The position numbers and the translations under genes are program-made. Of a stretch of 64,000 nt of DNA, positions 12,601 through 24,572 are shown one piece after another. The stretch's first letter is position 1; each line of letters opens with the position of its first letter. Source of the stretch: Neoechinorhynchus agilis (lineage: Eukaryota > Animalia > Acanthocephala). The notes below the pieces were generated by a model. It made no database searches. It was given only the letters and a program-made list of their open reading frames with translations, and was not told the DNA's origin. The stretch lies in the NCBI GenBank assembly GCA_051530055.1, contig CM121341.1, positions 1,054,001-1,118,000 of the forward strand, given 5' to 3'.

Positions 12601-15016
12601 GTTAGTGTTTGTGAGGAGAATTCGTTATTTAAAGTAGAAGCTCGATATCTGGTTCGAAGGAAAGATCCTGACTTGTGGACCCGGGTTCTGGCAAATACAA
12701 ACGAGAAACGGAAACAGCTTATTGATCAAATCGTTCAAAGTGCTTTGTCTGAGACACAAGATCCAGATGAGATCTCCGTTACGGTTCGAGCCTTCATGGC
12801 TGCTGATTTGCCTAATGGACGCAAGTCTTTTATGCGAAGGGCCCTATAAGCAGACTCGAAACATTTTGTTCTTAATTTTCTTATTTTTGTTACCCACAAG
12901 AAGAAATTGCACCACGTTTACTTTGAACAAAAGACTTGTGTCCGATAAGCATTTGATTGAACTCCTTGAAAAGATAGTTTTGGAGAATTCCGTATTCAGT
13001 CAGCACCGCAACTTGCAAAATCTATTAATCCTGACAGCGATTAAAGCGGATAGTTCGCGTGTGATGGATTACATTAACAAACTGGACAATTACGATGCTC
13101 CAGATATCGCGAATATCGCTATCACCAATCATCTATACGACGAGGCTTTCGCGGTGTTCAAACGATTTGACGTGAACACGTCAGCTGCTCAGGTTTTAAT
13201 AGAGAATATTCGAGATCTTGATCGCGCTTATGAATTCGCCGAGAAATGCAATGAGCCATCAGTATGGTCTCTGTTAGCTCGAGCTCAACTCCAAGAAAGC
13301 CAAATCAAAGAAGCGATCGATTCCTACATAAAAGCCGACGATCCAACCAATTATATCGAAGTAGTTAACGCAGCAAGTCAGTCCGGAGCGTTCAATGACC
13401 TTGTTCGGTACCTAGGAATGGCACGTAAAAAGGCACCCCGGGAAACGTATATCGACTCTGAATACGCGTTCGCTCTGGCTAAAACCAATCGTTTACAAGA
13501 CTTGGACGAGTTCCTTGCAGCTCCGAACCACGCTCAAATAGGCGATGTCGGCGATCGATGTTTTGACGAAAAACTTTATGAGGCAGCGAAGCTTTTGTTT
13601 AACTCGATGTCGAATTACGGCAAACTCGCTGTGACTTTATGCCAGTTGGGCGATTATCAAGGAGCCGTTGACGGTGCACGAAAGGCGAATTCGGTGAAGA
13701 CGTGGAAACAAGTTTGTTATGTCTGTGTGGATCGACAAGAGTTCAGATTGGCTCAAATGTGCGGACTTCATCTTGTAGTTCACGCTGACGAGCTTCATGA
13801 ACTCATTCAATTCTACGAATCACGAGGTCATTTCGATCAACTCACTAATCTTCTTGAAGCAGGACTTGGCCTTGAGCGCGCTCATATGGGAATGTTCACT
13901 GAACTTGCCATCCTGTACACGAAATATAGACCTGAAAAACTAAAAGAACATCTCGAACTCTTTTGGTCTCGACTTAACATTCCGAAGGTATTGAAAGCAT
14001 GCGAGAAAGCTCATCTTTGGGCAGAGTTGGTTTTCCTTTATGACAAATACGAAGAATACGACAATGCTTTGCTGTCAATGATGGAACATCCGTCGGTAGC
14101 GTGGAAGGAAAGTCACTTTAAAGACGTCATTACAAGGGTAGCCAATACAGAGCTCTATTACCGAGCAATGCAATTCTATATTGATTTCAAACCTCTTCTT
14201 TTAAATGATCTCATGACGATAGTGTCCGCGAGGCTGGATCACACTCGAACGGTGAATTTCCTAAAGAACCATCCAGACGGAAGTCACCGTATTCGCATGG
14301 CAAAACCTTACCTACGTGCAGTTCAAAGTCTCAATAACAAATCCGTAAATGAAGCTTTGAATTCTTTGTTAATCGAAGAACGTGATTATTTTGGTCTAAG
14401 AAACTCAATAGACGGCTATGACAATTTCGACAATATCGCGTTGGCCTCTAAACTTGAATCTGATCCGAATGTCGAGTTCAGGAGATTAGCTGCATATTTG
14501 TTTAGAGGAAACAATCGCTGGGCGCAGGCTGTTGATCTATGTAAAAAGGACAATCTGTATGTTGACGCAATGACCTATGTCTCAGAATCCGGTCAACAAG
14601 ATTTGGCTGAGAGTTTGTTAAGATGGTTTGCAGATAATGACCTCAATGATTGTTTTGTCGCCTGTCTTTACCACTGCTACCATCTCTTGAGGCCCGATAT
14701 AGTCATGGAACTCGCTTGGAGTAATGGTTTTACCGATATTGCAATGCCTTATTATATTCAAACATTGGCTGATTTGACTTTGAGAGTCGAACGTCTTGAG
14801 TTGGCTGAAAAGAGGCGAGAGGAGGTGGAAGCGGGTGACGAAAACCATGGACCTCCAATGCTCGCTGATACGTTAGCCACTCAATTGATGTTGACTTCTG
14901 GCGGCGGCGGTGGCGGTTCCAGTTCTGCTTCTGGCAACGACGTGTATGGTGGCGGATTTGGAGGTAAACAAGCCGATCCAAGTGGATTCCTCGGAGCATC
15001 TTCTGGAAGGTATTGA
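9623..15016 (+). CDS. CLTC: Clathrin heavy chain, three coding segments (9623-11638, 11761-12816, 12950-15016; ~1,712 aa)
   Basis: [25 protein letters not shown]-terminus, CHCR repeats, QLMLT C-terminal motif; the three ORFs join in frame. Confidence 0.98.
11639..11760 (+). other. 122-nt TIR-bounded intervening sequence in CLTC (candidate non-canonical intron)
   Basis: TIRs 11642-11661 and 11739-11757 (17 pairs); GTA direct repeat at both ends; removal gives EWL|VNYFG. Confidence 0.75.
12817..12949 (+). other. 133-nt TIR-bounded intervening sequence in CLTC (candidate non-canonical intron)
   Basis: TIRs 12817-12831 and 12929-12943 (14/15 plus G-U); TAA direct repeat; removal gives DLPN|HLIELLEK. 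Confidence 0.75.
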
Positions 15017-15589
15017 TGTTGTTTGCGAACAATAGAGTGAGAGAATTGGCGCTTAAAAACGAAAAATACATCTTTAAAAATAAGGAATTTTTGAAAATTA
15101 ATTTCTTTAGTGTTCTGCGGAATATTAAAAATTCATTGGTTCTTCGTAAGGCGCCGCAATTAACTTGTGGATCATATCAATGAACACCTTCGTTCCGCTT
15201 CGAAATGTTCCAATGGAGAAAAGCTAAAATATTACAGAAAAGCTAGTGGCTGATAGTTTATTGCTGAGCGCTTTTGATAACAACTGCATGTTGCTTCTTT
15301 AGATTCATTGAGGTCTTTAACTTTGGCGGAATGCCCTAAAAGAGTAACCCTTGCATATCCCAACTTTTCTGTCACCGACGAGTTGAACCCATTTATGATG
15401 CATTTGCCCAAGCCATTTAGAACTTAGTTCAGTGCTAAAGTTTTACTTTTAATTACGAAATTCCGTGTGTTGCTTTCAGCGCCGTTCAAAAATTGAGGAA
15501 AAAATTGAATTGCATTGAATAATGTAATCCAAATATCTTTTACGTTGCAAATACAAAATCTTTAATACCGATAAGAAACGATGAATTTA

Positions 15590-16020
15590 CGAATCACTTT
15601 GATCTCTTATCTCGACCAAATCTTACCAACATTAACATCACCGCTCTGGAATACTGAGCTGCCGTCCTGGTTTAATGGTCGAGTGACACCGCCCGGTCTA
15701 CGGCGGATATCGAGTCGGCAAAGATTGGTTGGCTCTTGGATGTTGGGCGAATTCACAGTATTCAGGGTACGACTAAGAGCAGAATCCCAAACTAATTGTT
15801 TGCAAGCATTGACGGTTACCTGCTCGCTACCGGAATCTTCACACCAAAGATTAAGTGCCTTCACGAAATCTTCATCCAAAGTATAATTTTCACCAAGAAC
15901 GGATTTAACTATTGTGGGTTTGCTTCATACGATCCCAAATAAGAGGCTGGCAGAGAAATATCGGCTGTTTTCCTGATACCCGAACCGCCGGACGACACAG
16001 GTAAGGACGCTTGAACCGAA
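15590..16020 (-). mobile_element. CRE-type (restriction-like endonuclease) non-LTR retrotransposon fragment
   Basis: QASLPVSSGGSGIRKTADISLPA (RT C-terminus) followed by EPTNLCRLD.RRP.GVT (RLE motif). Confidence 0.75.
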
Positions 16021-16023
16021 GAA

Positions 16024-16700
16024 GTGCAACGCCAGGTGGATCCGCTGTCGTCCATGCGAGCACCACATCTCACCACTCTATCAGGTTTTTCTCTTCGCTT
16101 CTTAACTAGACCAATCCCCGAAGAAGTGCAACGCCTGGTTGATCCGCGATGGAGTCCACGCGCAAAGATCGCATCTCACGACTCTATCGGTTTTTTCTTT
16201 ACTTTTTAACTGGACCAATCAACGAAAAAGTGCAACGCCTGGTTGAATTGCGATGGAATTCAGCCGAGCACTGGATCTTCACGTCGATCGGTTTTTCTCT
16301 TTACTTTTTAACTGGACCAATCAACGAAAAAGTGCAACGCCTGGTTGAATTGCGATGGAATTCAGCCGAGCACTGGATCTTCTCGTCGATCGGTTTTTCT
16401 CTTTACTTTTTAACTGGACCAATCAACGAAAAAGTGCAACGCCTGGTTGAATTGCGATGGAGTTCAGCCAAGCACTGGATCTTCTCGTCGATCGGTTTTT
16501 CTCTTCACTTTTTAACTGGACCAATCAACGAAAAGGTGCAACGCCTGGTTTAATTGCGATGGAGTTCAGCCGAGCACTGGATCTTCTCGTCGATCGGTAT
16601 TTCTCTTCACTTTTTAACTGGACCAATCAACGAAAAACTGCAACGCCTGGTTGAATTGCGATGTTCAGCCGAGCACTGGATCATCTCGTCGATCGGGTTT
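16024..16700. repeat. Tandem repeat, 102-bp unit, ~6.7 copies
   Basis: GTGCAACGCC recurs at 16024, 16126, 16230, 16332, 16434, 16536 and (CTGCAACGCC) 16638; the first two units are more diverged. Confidence 0.95.
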
Positions 16701-17089
16701 CTCCAACACTTTTTTTAACTTATCTTAGTCCATCTCTTTCAGCTTTTGAGACTCAATGCTCTTACTTAGCCTATCAAAAATGGATGCACTCAGCCACGAT
16801 AATAGGCACTTATTTTTTAATGATTTCACCGACTACATCGTTTAGCTCGAAGTGCTGTTCCAACTGCGTAGCATAATTGACTCGTTTCTCCGATTCCTCG
16901 AAATACCTGAATGGCGTGATCTTCGTTTTCGGCCCATTCGGCGAAAGTACAATTGGACTCTAATAAATTCGTTGACGCCAAAGACACTAGCACTTCGTTT
17001 TCACCAATTAACAAAAGGCAATTTATTTGGACTAAGGCGTTTGTATTTTGTTAGAGGAAATTCTAGAATAAGGAAAAAAATTTGAGCAT

Positions 17090-17920
17090 AATTCCCCAAT
17101 TACTTTAGACTTTGACATTAAACGAATTGAGGATTGCCATTAATTGAGATATTTTAGCGGCATCTCCAATCATTTACCTTGGTATCCACAATATTAGCCG
17201 AAATTCGTTACTTTGTTTTTTTTGTCCCACATCGTGCACCAAAGCTGCAAGCAACATTGCAAGATTTTCTAATATTGAAAACCTGGATTATCGATTTTCT
17301 TATAAATGTGGTTGCGCCTAGTCATCAACTCATAAAGCAGCCGTTAAATTTCACTTTTGAAAAAAAAGCCTTCGACTTTAAAGTTTTGGCATTTAAAAAT
17401 CGCTGTTTTTCTGGACAGCAATCTCCATGCGAGCATATCGGTTTTTTATTTTGTTAGATTGATAAACCCGTGTTTCCATGGTTACTAGTCTCGTATAAAA
17501 CGAGTTCTACACTTGGTGAAGAAGAGTGAGATTTTGATTAGTTTCGATGGTTACGCATGGCTCTGCCAAACCTATGACCAAGGGACGAATTGAGGATTGC
17601 CATTAATTGAGATATTTTTCCGGCATTTCCAATCATTTACCTTGGTATCCACAATATTAGCCGGAAATTCGTTACTTTGTCCTTTATGTCCCACATCGTG
17701 CACCAAAGCTGCAAGCAACATTGCAAGATTTTCTAATATTGAAAACCTGGATTCCAATGTACACTGCGTACACTGAGTAGCACTTAGTTCCAATGGGTCC
17801 ATTGGTATCGAGGTTTTTTGTCTTTAGAAAACCTTTCGCTGTTCAGTGCTGCTTTAATGCACGATGTTGTTCATGAAGGACGTAGTAAGGAAATTCCGGT
17901 TAATATTAAGGATACATTGG
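17090..17920. pseudogene. Three copies of a cyclic-nucleotide phosphodiesterase HD-motif exon (two minus, one plus)
   Basis: ENLAMLLAALVHDVGHKGQSNEF (minus, ~17640-17760; damaged duplicate ~17170-17290) and ENLSLFSAALMHDVVHEGRS (plus, ~17826-17915); each followed by a GT donor. Confidence 0.6.
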
Positions 17921-19631
17921 TAAGTGAGATTTGATCTAGTTTTATGATATCGGACCCCCGTTGAAAATTAAATCGGACCTTTTGATAACGACAATCCTCA
18001 ATTCGTTTCATTATTTTCTTTAGTCAGAGGTGCGACAATTGCAGATTCAGCTATATCGCACTGGTGGAATTCGCTGTCTCGCTCTTATCCATCGTTAGCT
18101 TAAAATCGCCTTTATTTAGGATATTAGTTATGTTCTGCAGTGATTGGACATGGCGGGTATCTCATATGCAAGCTGTCCGAGGATTAGCCGTCTAAACAAT
18201 GACAGAAAACGGCGATGGAGAACTACAATTCATCACTCTCGTGCAAAATTACACTTCGCCTCGAAGATGATCTTATCCTTCATATCTGCCATGAGAATAT
18301 TCGAACTAAAAGGCAAGCGACGATCGACTTTACTCTAACTACGGATTTTACAAGACATTATCGCCGATGATTTTAAAACAAAAGTGAATTTTGGGAGAAT
18401 TTTAGTTCTAGATAATATTTTTTGTTGCACTTTAAGGATGAAGTCCTTCTGGATAATTTCAATTATAAATCCCCACAGAATCGACTTAATGCGTGTAGAT
18501 TTATTTAAGTCGTGGATGATATATAAGCAATATGCCAGTAAAATGCGAAACGGTTAGTACGATTAAACGGGATCAATTTTATTTGTTAACTTATTATCTA
18601 ATCAATTTGTTTGTCAACGATTTTAGGGTGACAAGGAAAATGGTAGAAAACTGCGTGTTTAAGTTGCGTTTCCGCTTTTGACCATAATGCCGAAAGAGTA
18701 GAGGGCTCGAAATAGCTGGACCGAACGATATTAAATTTATATGTTATTTACGGACAGTCAACAAGAGATCCCCTTCCGTAGCCTCTCTGAATTTATCTTT
18801 TTGATTATTTAATTTAAAAAATTCATAATTGATGTTCTGATTGAGTAAAACAATGCTGTTTCCGTTGGTAAGAGCGATATCGAGATCATAAAACAAAGCA
18901 AAGGTACCCATGTATCTTTTGGGTTCTCATGAGCACTCGAATTCGCAAGAGAGATTGTGAGGTTGGATCTTTCCTCCGGTTCATGATATTTTAAGTTTTG
19001 ATGCTCAAACCGATCTTAATCGGATTTTTACACCGAATGTCTCATAAAAGTGGAATAGCAGATAATTCGACATTACTGAGGCGGTAAAACACGAATTTCT
19101 AATAGCAGGCCAAGTAACATTACGGCGCATAAAATTATGCGTTTTTAAAGTGTTCCATTTACTTCGACTTAACGAAACGTGAAAGATTGCAGAATAACGG
19201 AAACAACGTGAATTTCCCGTATCAATCCTTGCAATTTTCAGGTTCGTGTTCGCTGGACTGCATTAATGAAACCATTCACGTGTATCAATCATACTTTTCT
19301 ATTTAAACAATTTCTACTGCTTCAACCCTGACGACTAAAATGCAACCAATTCAGACTGTTTTCATAATTCACCACTTAAAAGTTTCTTATCCAATCTCAT
19401 CGGTGTCAACAGCCACTCACTTCTTCGCTACCACAATGAAACCAATGGAACCATAAACACTTAAATGAGGGAGTTCGCTTCCGAAGACACTCTTCATCGC
19501 ATTGTTTATTAACAATTGACTAACAAACATAAAGCAATTTTGCACATTACCGTGAAACTCTTAAATTGTTAAGTCATCCATTTCTATCGTATTCTTTGTT
19601 TAAACACACATACGAAATTTAGATTTATTTT

Positions 19632-20700
19632 TTGAAAAGATAATTCATTGTTATTTGTCGATAGGAGAGATAAATGAAATTAAGATTTTATTGGATATTT
19701 CGATCCACTATCTCGGATCTTCTTCAGCGATCTAAAACACGTATACACAGGGATTCTCAATTCACGCGTCACATAACATCCGGCGGGAGTCGCATCCTTA
19801 ATTTGAAATCAGGTTTATTGCCCTCGAACGTTTCGAACATATTTATAAGGATTCGATGACAATACGTTCGAAACGCCGACCATTGCAGACTAGTGTTGTA
19901 GCGCCACTAAAATCAATAGTGTGCCCTGTGTTTTTTGCATGGGCCACCACTGCGGAACTAATATCCGTGTTGCAAACAAATCCGTCGGGTGAAATTGTTG
20001 GTCTGCCCCACATAGACCTGTTCACAACCGGAGCACGGAATTTTGGAGACCGCACCAGATGACTGTTGGCCATTCTTGGGACATATCAATCCGTGTAGAG
20101 TGCGTCCCACTCTCTTGGCCTCACATCCTGATTTTATGATGCGTTCCATAGCAAGAATGATCATCAGGGAATGGCAGTTTAACGTGGATTTCTTCATTTT
20201 TAGACTTTTTCTCCCCATTGAAGGTTCGACAAGATGGAGACCTGATATGTACTTTAGGTAACCAATCTCCTCGTTACACAACTTGGCGTTGCTACAATGT
20301 GTAAGAGCACGGTGGATGAGTGACCTAATCCTCAAAATTTTGTATTTGCGAGGTTGGGCTGATGTCCATGGTACAAGGCCCACTGGTATACTTCTCTTTC
20401 GGTACACGCTGGTCGTGTAGTTTCCACTGGCTAATCGGTATATCCACACATCCAGGAACGGAAACTTACCATGGTCCTCCTCCTCGATCGTCCACTGAAT
20501 ATTGTCGTCCCTTCCATTTAGTTCATGTTTAAGGCAATTCATATTAGTCTCTGAAGGGTCGATCAACAGGAACGTGTTGTATCGACGGCGAATGTTCGTC
20601 CTCCCAGTGCCGCATATACAAAATTTCGAGGATTAGGTTACTCATCCTCCGTGCTCTTACATTGTAGCAACGCTAAGCTATGTAACGAGGAGTTCGTTCG
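19632..20700 (-). mobile_element. 5'-truncated Penelope-like element with 3' end and an inverted internal segment
   Basis: RT thumb (FPFLDV, TSVYRK), GIY-YIG (CSGC.QVYVGQT); 20621-20695 is an inverted copy of 20266-20340. Confidence 0.88.
19694..19727 (-). ncRNA. Minimal hammerhead ribozyme core at the Penelope 3' end
   Basis: Minus strand CTGAAGA-A-GATCC-gagatagt-GGATC-GAAA-TA-TC: intact core, 5-bp helix II, palindromic ATAT helix III, AUC triplet; helix I imperfect. Confidence 0.72.
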
Positions 20701-20796
20701 CTTTGAACACAAGATTATTTGTTTGTACGTTGGCAAATCCTGTCCCCGGTGTTATCGATGCTCATTTATTGTAAAGAAATTATTCATTAAAGTTTC

Positions 20797-20981
20797 AGTT
20801 TCAATTAGCGATGTTTGATTCAGAAAAGAGAATTATCTTGAAAACTTTAGGCCTTTTCGTTGGCCTTCTTCAGTCAATTGTTAAATTGTTTTATTAACAA
20901 TTGACTGAAAAAAGCCAACGAAAAGGCCGAAAGTTTTCAAGATAAATCTATTTTCTGAATCAAACATCGCTAATTGAAACT
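20797..20981. repeat. Palindrome (two 88-bp arms, 9-nt loop), each arm carrying a hammerhead-like motif
   Basis: Right arm CTGAAAA-AA-GCC-aacgaaaa-GGC-CGAAA-GTTT; left arm (minus) CTGAAGA-AG-GCC-aacgaaaa-GGC-CTAAA-GTTT. Confidence 0.88.
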
Positions 20982-20994
20982 CATTTATTTGAGA

Positions 20995-21026
20995 AATATT
21001 TCACAAGGTTTTCCTTGCCTCTTCAG
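20995..21026 (-). ncRNA. Second hammerhead-like core
   Basis: Minus strand CTGAAGA-G-GCAAGG-aaaa-CCTTGT-GAAA-TA-TT; helix I poor. Confidence 0.5.
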
Positions 21027-21661
21027 TAACTATTGATTGTGAGTTTTTAATGGTCTTACCCTACGGGACCGACGATCCTAAGTCACTAGTCAAAATGAAC
21101 AATCATGTAGAGATTCAATCGGTCGAAATATATTCGTCTTTAACGATTTCCCTCGGGTGTCGATGAACCAAACTAAACAATTTAAATATTGCACGTTTGA
21201 CGTCATAAGAAAACCCTGTAAATAACGACGAAAGAATCTCAAAATATTTCCAATTCTGAGAAACAGTGTTTAAAATCATTCGGCATAAATTTAATGGTTG
21301 GGCGGTGATCAATTATTTGATATTTCCGGACGTTGCCGAATGGTGGAGCTGTATTTTTCGCATGTAATCACCCCCATTTTTCGCTCGTGATATTTTGTAC
21401 TTTTACATTGCTGTTAATTGGCCAATAATGGATTTGTGAATTCGTAAATTTCAACTCTCCTTTTTTTGTTGAATTTTTATTGATCGTCATTCTTTCTGCG
21501 ACAAAGCGCTTAAATAAAAAAAATCGTTCAGTTCAGAGTTCTGAAATGGGTTGGGTTTTATGGGATTTGAATTTTTTAAAGATCGTGAGTGTATTTTTGT
21601 GTATGGTCGACGCTTCTTTTTTTGCTTCCGGATTTCAGAAGATTTTTCAAAAAAAGGAACA

Positions 21662-23016
21662 ATGAACGCCGCAGTTTCCAGTACGGAATCGAATCCAAAC
21701 AGTATATGGCTCAATTCGAAAGGAACTTGGGTCACATATCTCTTTCTGGTTGCTTTAGTTCATTTATTCTGTTTAAGCATACCGTTCATCGGGACACCGA
21801 CCGCGTGGACGCTTACCAATACCATTCATAATGTCCTCTCGTTCTATTTGATTCATATGATCAAGGGAACTCCTTGGGAGAGTGTAGTGCGGTTTTAAAT
21901 GATCCAAAAATGGGGGCTTTTTAATGGATTTTTGAGCGCTCTTAAGACGCGACTCCTGATTCCCTTTCGACGGTATTTCGTCCACTTTTTTTAAAGAAAA
22001 AAAATTCATGTCTCAAGTCTTTATAGCGAATTATAATTGATTGATTTTTGATAACTCTCAGCCTTCTTCATCAGTCTATTGCTCTTGTAAATGGCCTACA
22101 CGAAGGCTGAAAATTATCAAAAATAAATCAATTATAATTCGCTATATGAAAAAAAAACAACCAAGGAATGTACAAACTTCGGCCAATTATTTTATCAGAT
22201 TTGTTGCTAGTCGGCCACCTTTTTTCTAAGTGTGTGTTGGCTGACTTCTGGGACACACAGCCCTCTCCGAAAATCACATTTAATAACCTAATTATCAGGG
22301 GAAAGGGATTTAGTAATCGGAAATAAATCAGTAAATTTAAATCCGAAGTGGCAAACCTACCAAAAGAAACTATCTTTCTCAAGAAAACTCATAGCCTTTT
22401 ACCTAAGAAATCAGCCATCATTTCTCAATACTTTCAAAATGTAACCATAAAATGATTAATTTTAATGTTAAATAAGACGAAAATCGTGAATTGTCTTGGT
22501 GTAGAATTTTTGTACAGAAAAATAATTCACAAAAGTTCAATTCTTTTTCAATGTCGCTTTTTACACTTCTACGAGACTTTTAAATGATGAACGGCGTTGT
22601 TTTTTCAATAGTTTTGTGAAGTATTAAGCGACATTGAATCGCCTACTCTTGTTGCTTGTTATTAAGAAACTCTAATTTTGATTTTGAACGTACCAAGAAA
22701 AATCGGTCATGATTTTTGTCATTTTAATGAAAACCCAATGGAATTTCACTTGTATTAACTGATCCTTCAAAACCGCATAGACCAAGGTGAAGCTAGAAAA
22801 TATACATATTGGGAACAAATCGATTATGGCGAATATTTCACTTCTACTCGGAAGTTCCTCATTTGTGTTCCGATCATATTATTTTTCTTGGCCAGTTTTT
22901 ACACCAAATACGACCAATTCCACTTCGTAATCAACTTGGTGACGATGCTAGTCGTAGTCATAGCTAAACTTCCTCAATTTCATGGCGTTCGATTATTTCA
23001 AATCAATCAGTATTGA
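21662..23016 (+). CDS. ORMDL: ORMDL family sphingolipid regulator (exons 21662-21887 and 22781-23016; 153 aa)
   Basis: [30 protein letters not shown]|[26 protein letters not shown]. Confidence 0.97.
21888..22780 (+). other. 893-nt TIR-bounded intervening sequence in ORMDL (candidate non-canonical intron)
   Basis: TIRs 21888-21904 and 22761-22777 (15/17); TAG direct repeat at 21885-87 and 22778-80. Confidence 0.8.
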
Positions 23017-24369
23017 ACACTTCTTTCCATTAAAGTAATCAACGAATCTACAAGACGGATCCACTATAAATTATGTGATTATGATAAAGAAACGAGTATT
23101 TCAAGTCGTTGCATGGTCGGATTTTCGGGTTGGAAATTAGGATTTCGAGAATTCGTCTCTAGAATAGCCAGCTCTCTCTGACGATCGGTCTTTTTAATCA
23201 TCAACGACTATTTTATCGTCTTTGTTTTCTAACAAATCCTCCCATCGCCGTCCTCAAATGGTTCATCGTAAAACCTAAGCTCTGATTTATATTATATTGC
23301 GGCAATCATTGCACATTGACGATGAATTCTTGTTAAAATATCTGCTCGCTACTAAAACATCGCTAATCATCCTTCGGATCGATTTTACGTGATTGACTAG
23401 TCGGTTTCGTCACCAACATCTTTTGTCTACCCATTTTTTAACATGTTATCGAAATGCACAAATCTACTTTGCTATTTATCCCAGTTGCTGATCAGATTGA
23501 TTTACTCACTTTTGATTATGATGATATGTTTTATCGCGAATGAGTTACTAAGTGGCTAATACTGAGACGAATGTTATTTCAATTATTAACTGTGATTAGT
23601 AATGATCTATAGAATGATTGAAAAACTCCACTTAACCTCCTTTGAAAGAGCTCATATTATTCGACTTCCTTACCAACGCTTTGACGCTTTCTAGTGCTGT
23701 TTTGACGGCGTAGATCGATTAGGCAAAAAAAGTCAATTTTCACAAGATGCAAAGATAGTTTCAGAACCATTTATAATCTTCCTAAATCTAATCTTAAATG
23801 TTATTTGCAATCTTCCACTATATAAAGCAAAATCCGTATATGTGAGTGTGTGAACACGGACGAAAACGGAGAAAAAGGAGAAAATGCAGTACTTCAAATC
23901 CTAAAAAAACTTTTCGAAGCATCATTGAAGACTCGCCAAAACCCGCCATCGTGGTTAGTCCTCATATTTTCAAAGAGGTTCTCATATAATATTAGAAGAC
24001 AGTAACAATCGATAACGGAAACCTTTTAAACAAGTTGGATACTCGATTTCCACAGTTAAATGACCACTCTCAAAAGTTAGATTCTCAGAGAAAAGAACTA
24101 TAAAGTAGAGAAACCAGCAGAGTATATAGACGACATTTTTAGATATGTTTTCCCTGTTGATGCCACAGAAGGAGCCTTCCTTTGCATTTTTCGTAAGCTC
24201 GTCGCTTTCCCTCAACAACTGATAGATGATGTCTACCGAGCCATATAACGGAATTATACAGATCGCAACTGGTTGTGTGATGGAGCGTAACATTATCAAC
24301 AGGGCTCAGAGTCTGTCACTCACCACGGACAATTGTATGTTTTGGATTATTGTATTTGGGAGAAAAGAG

Positions 24370-24572
24370 ACTTTCTTTTTCTTAGTTATACCACCACTCA
24401 GATTCAAAAAATTCACTAATCTGTATTTCCCCGATATTTCACCTCTCGGATAATTCCGAGATTTAAAACCTTGATGAAATGTCGGAATTATCCGAGAGGT
24501 GAAATATCGGGAAATATAGATTAGTGAATTTTTTGAATCTGAGTGGTGGTATAACTAACAAAAAAGAAAAGA
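24370..24572. repeat. Palindrome (~95-bp arms, 12-nt loop) with a degenerate hammerhead-like motif
   Basis: Right side reads TTGATGA-aatg-TCGGA-atta-TCCGA-gaggt-GAAA-TATC (24471-24508). Confidence 0.85.

Noticed and set aside
16149-16553. 34-aa repeat ORF with faint resemblance to a TRP-channel pre-S1 segment
   Set aside because: It is a by-product of a 102-bp unit divisible by three; the frame breaks in other units and no other channel exons were seen.
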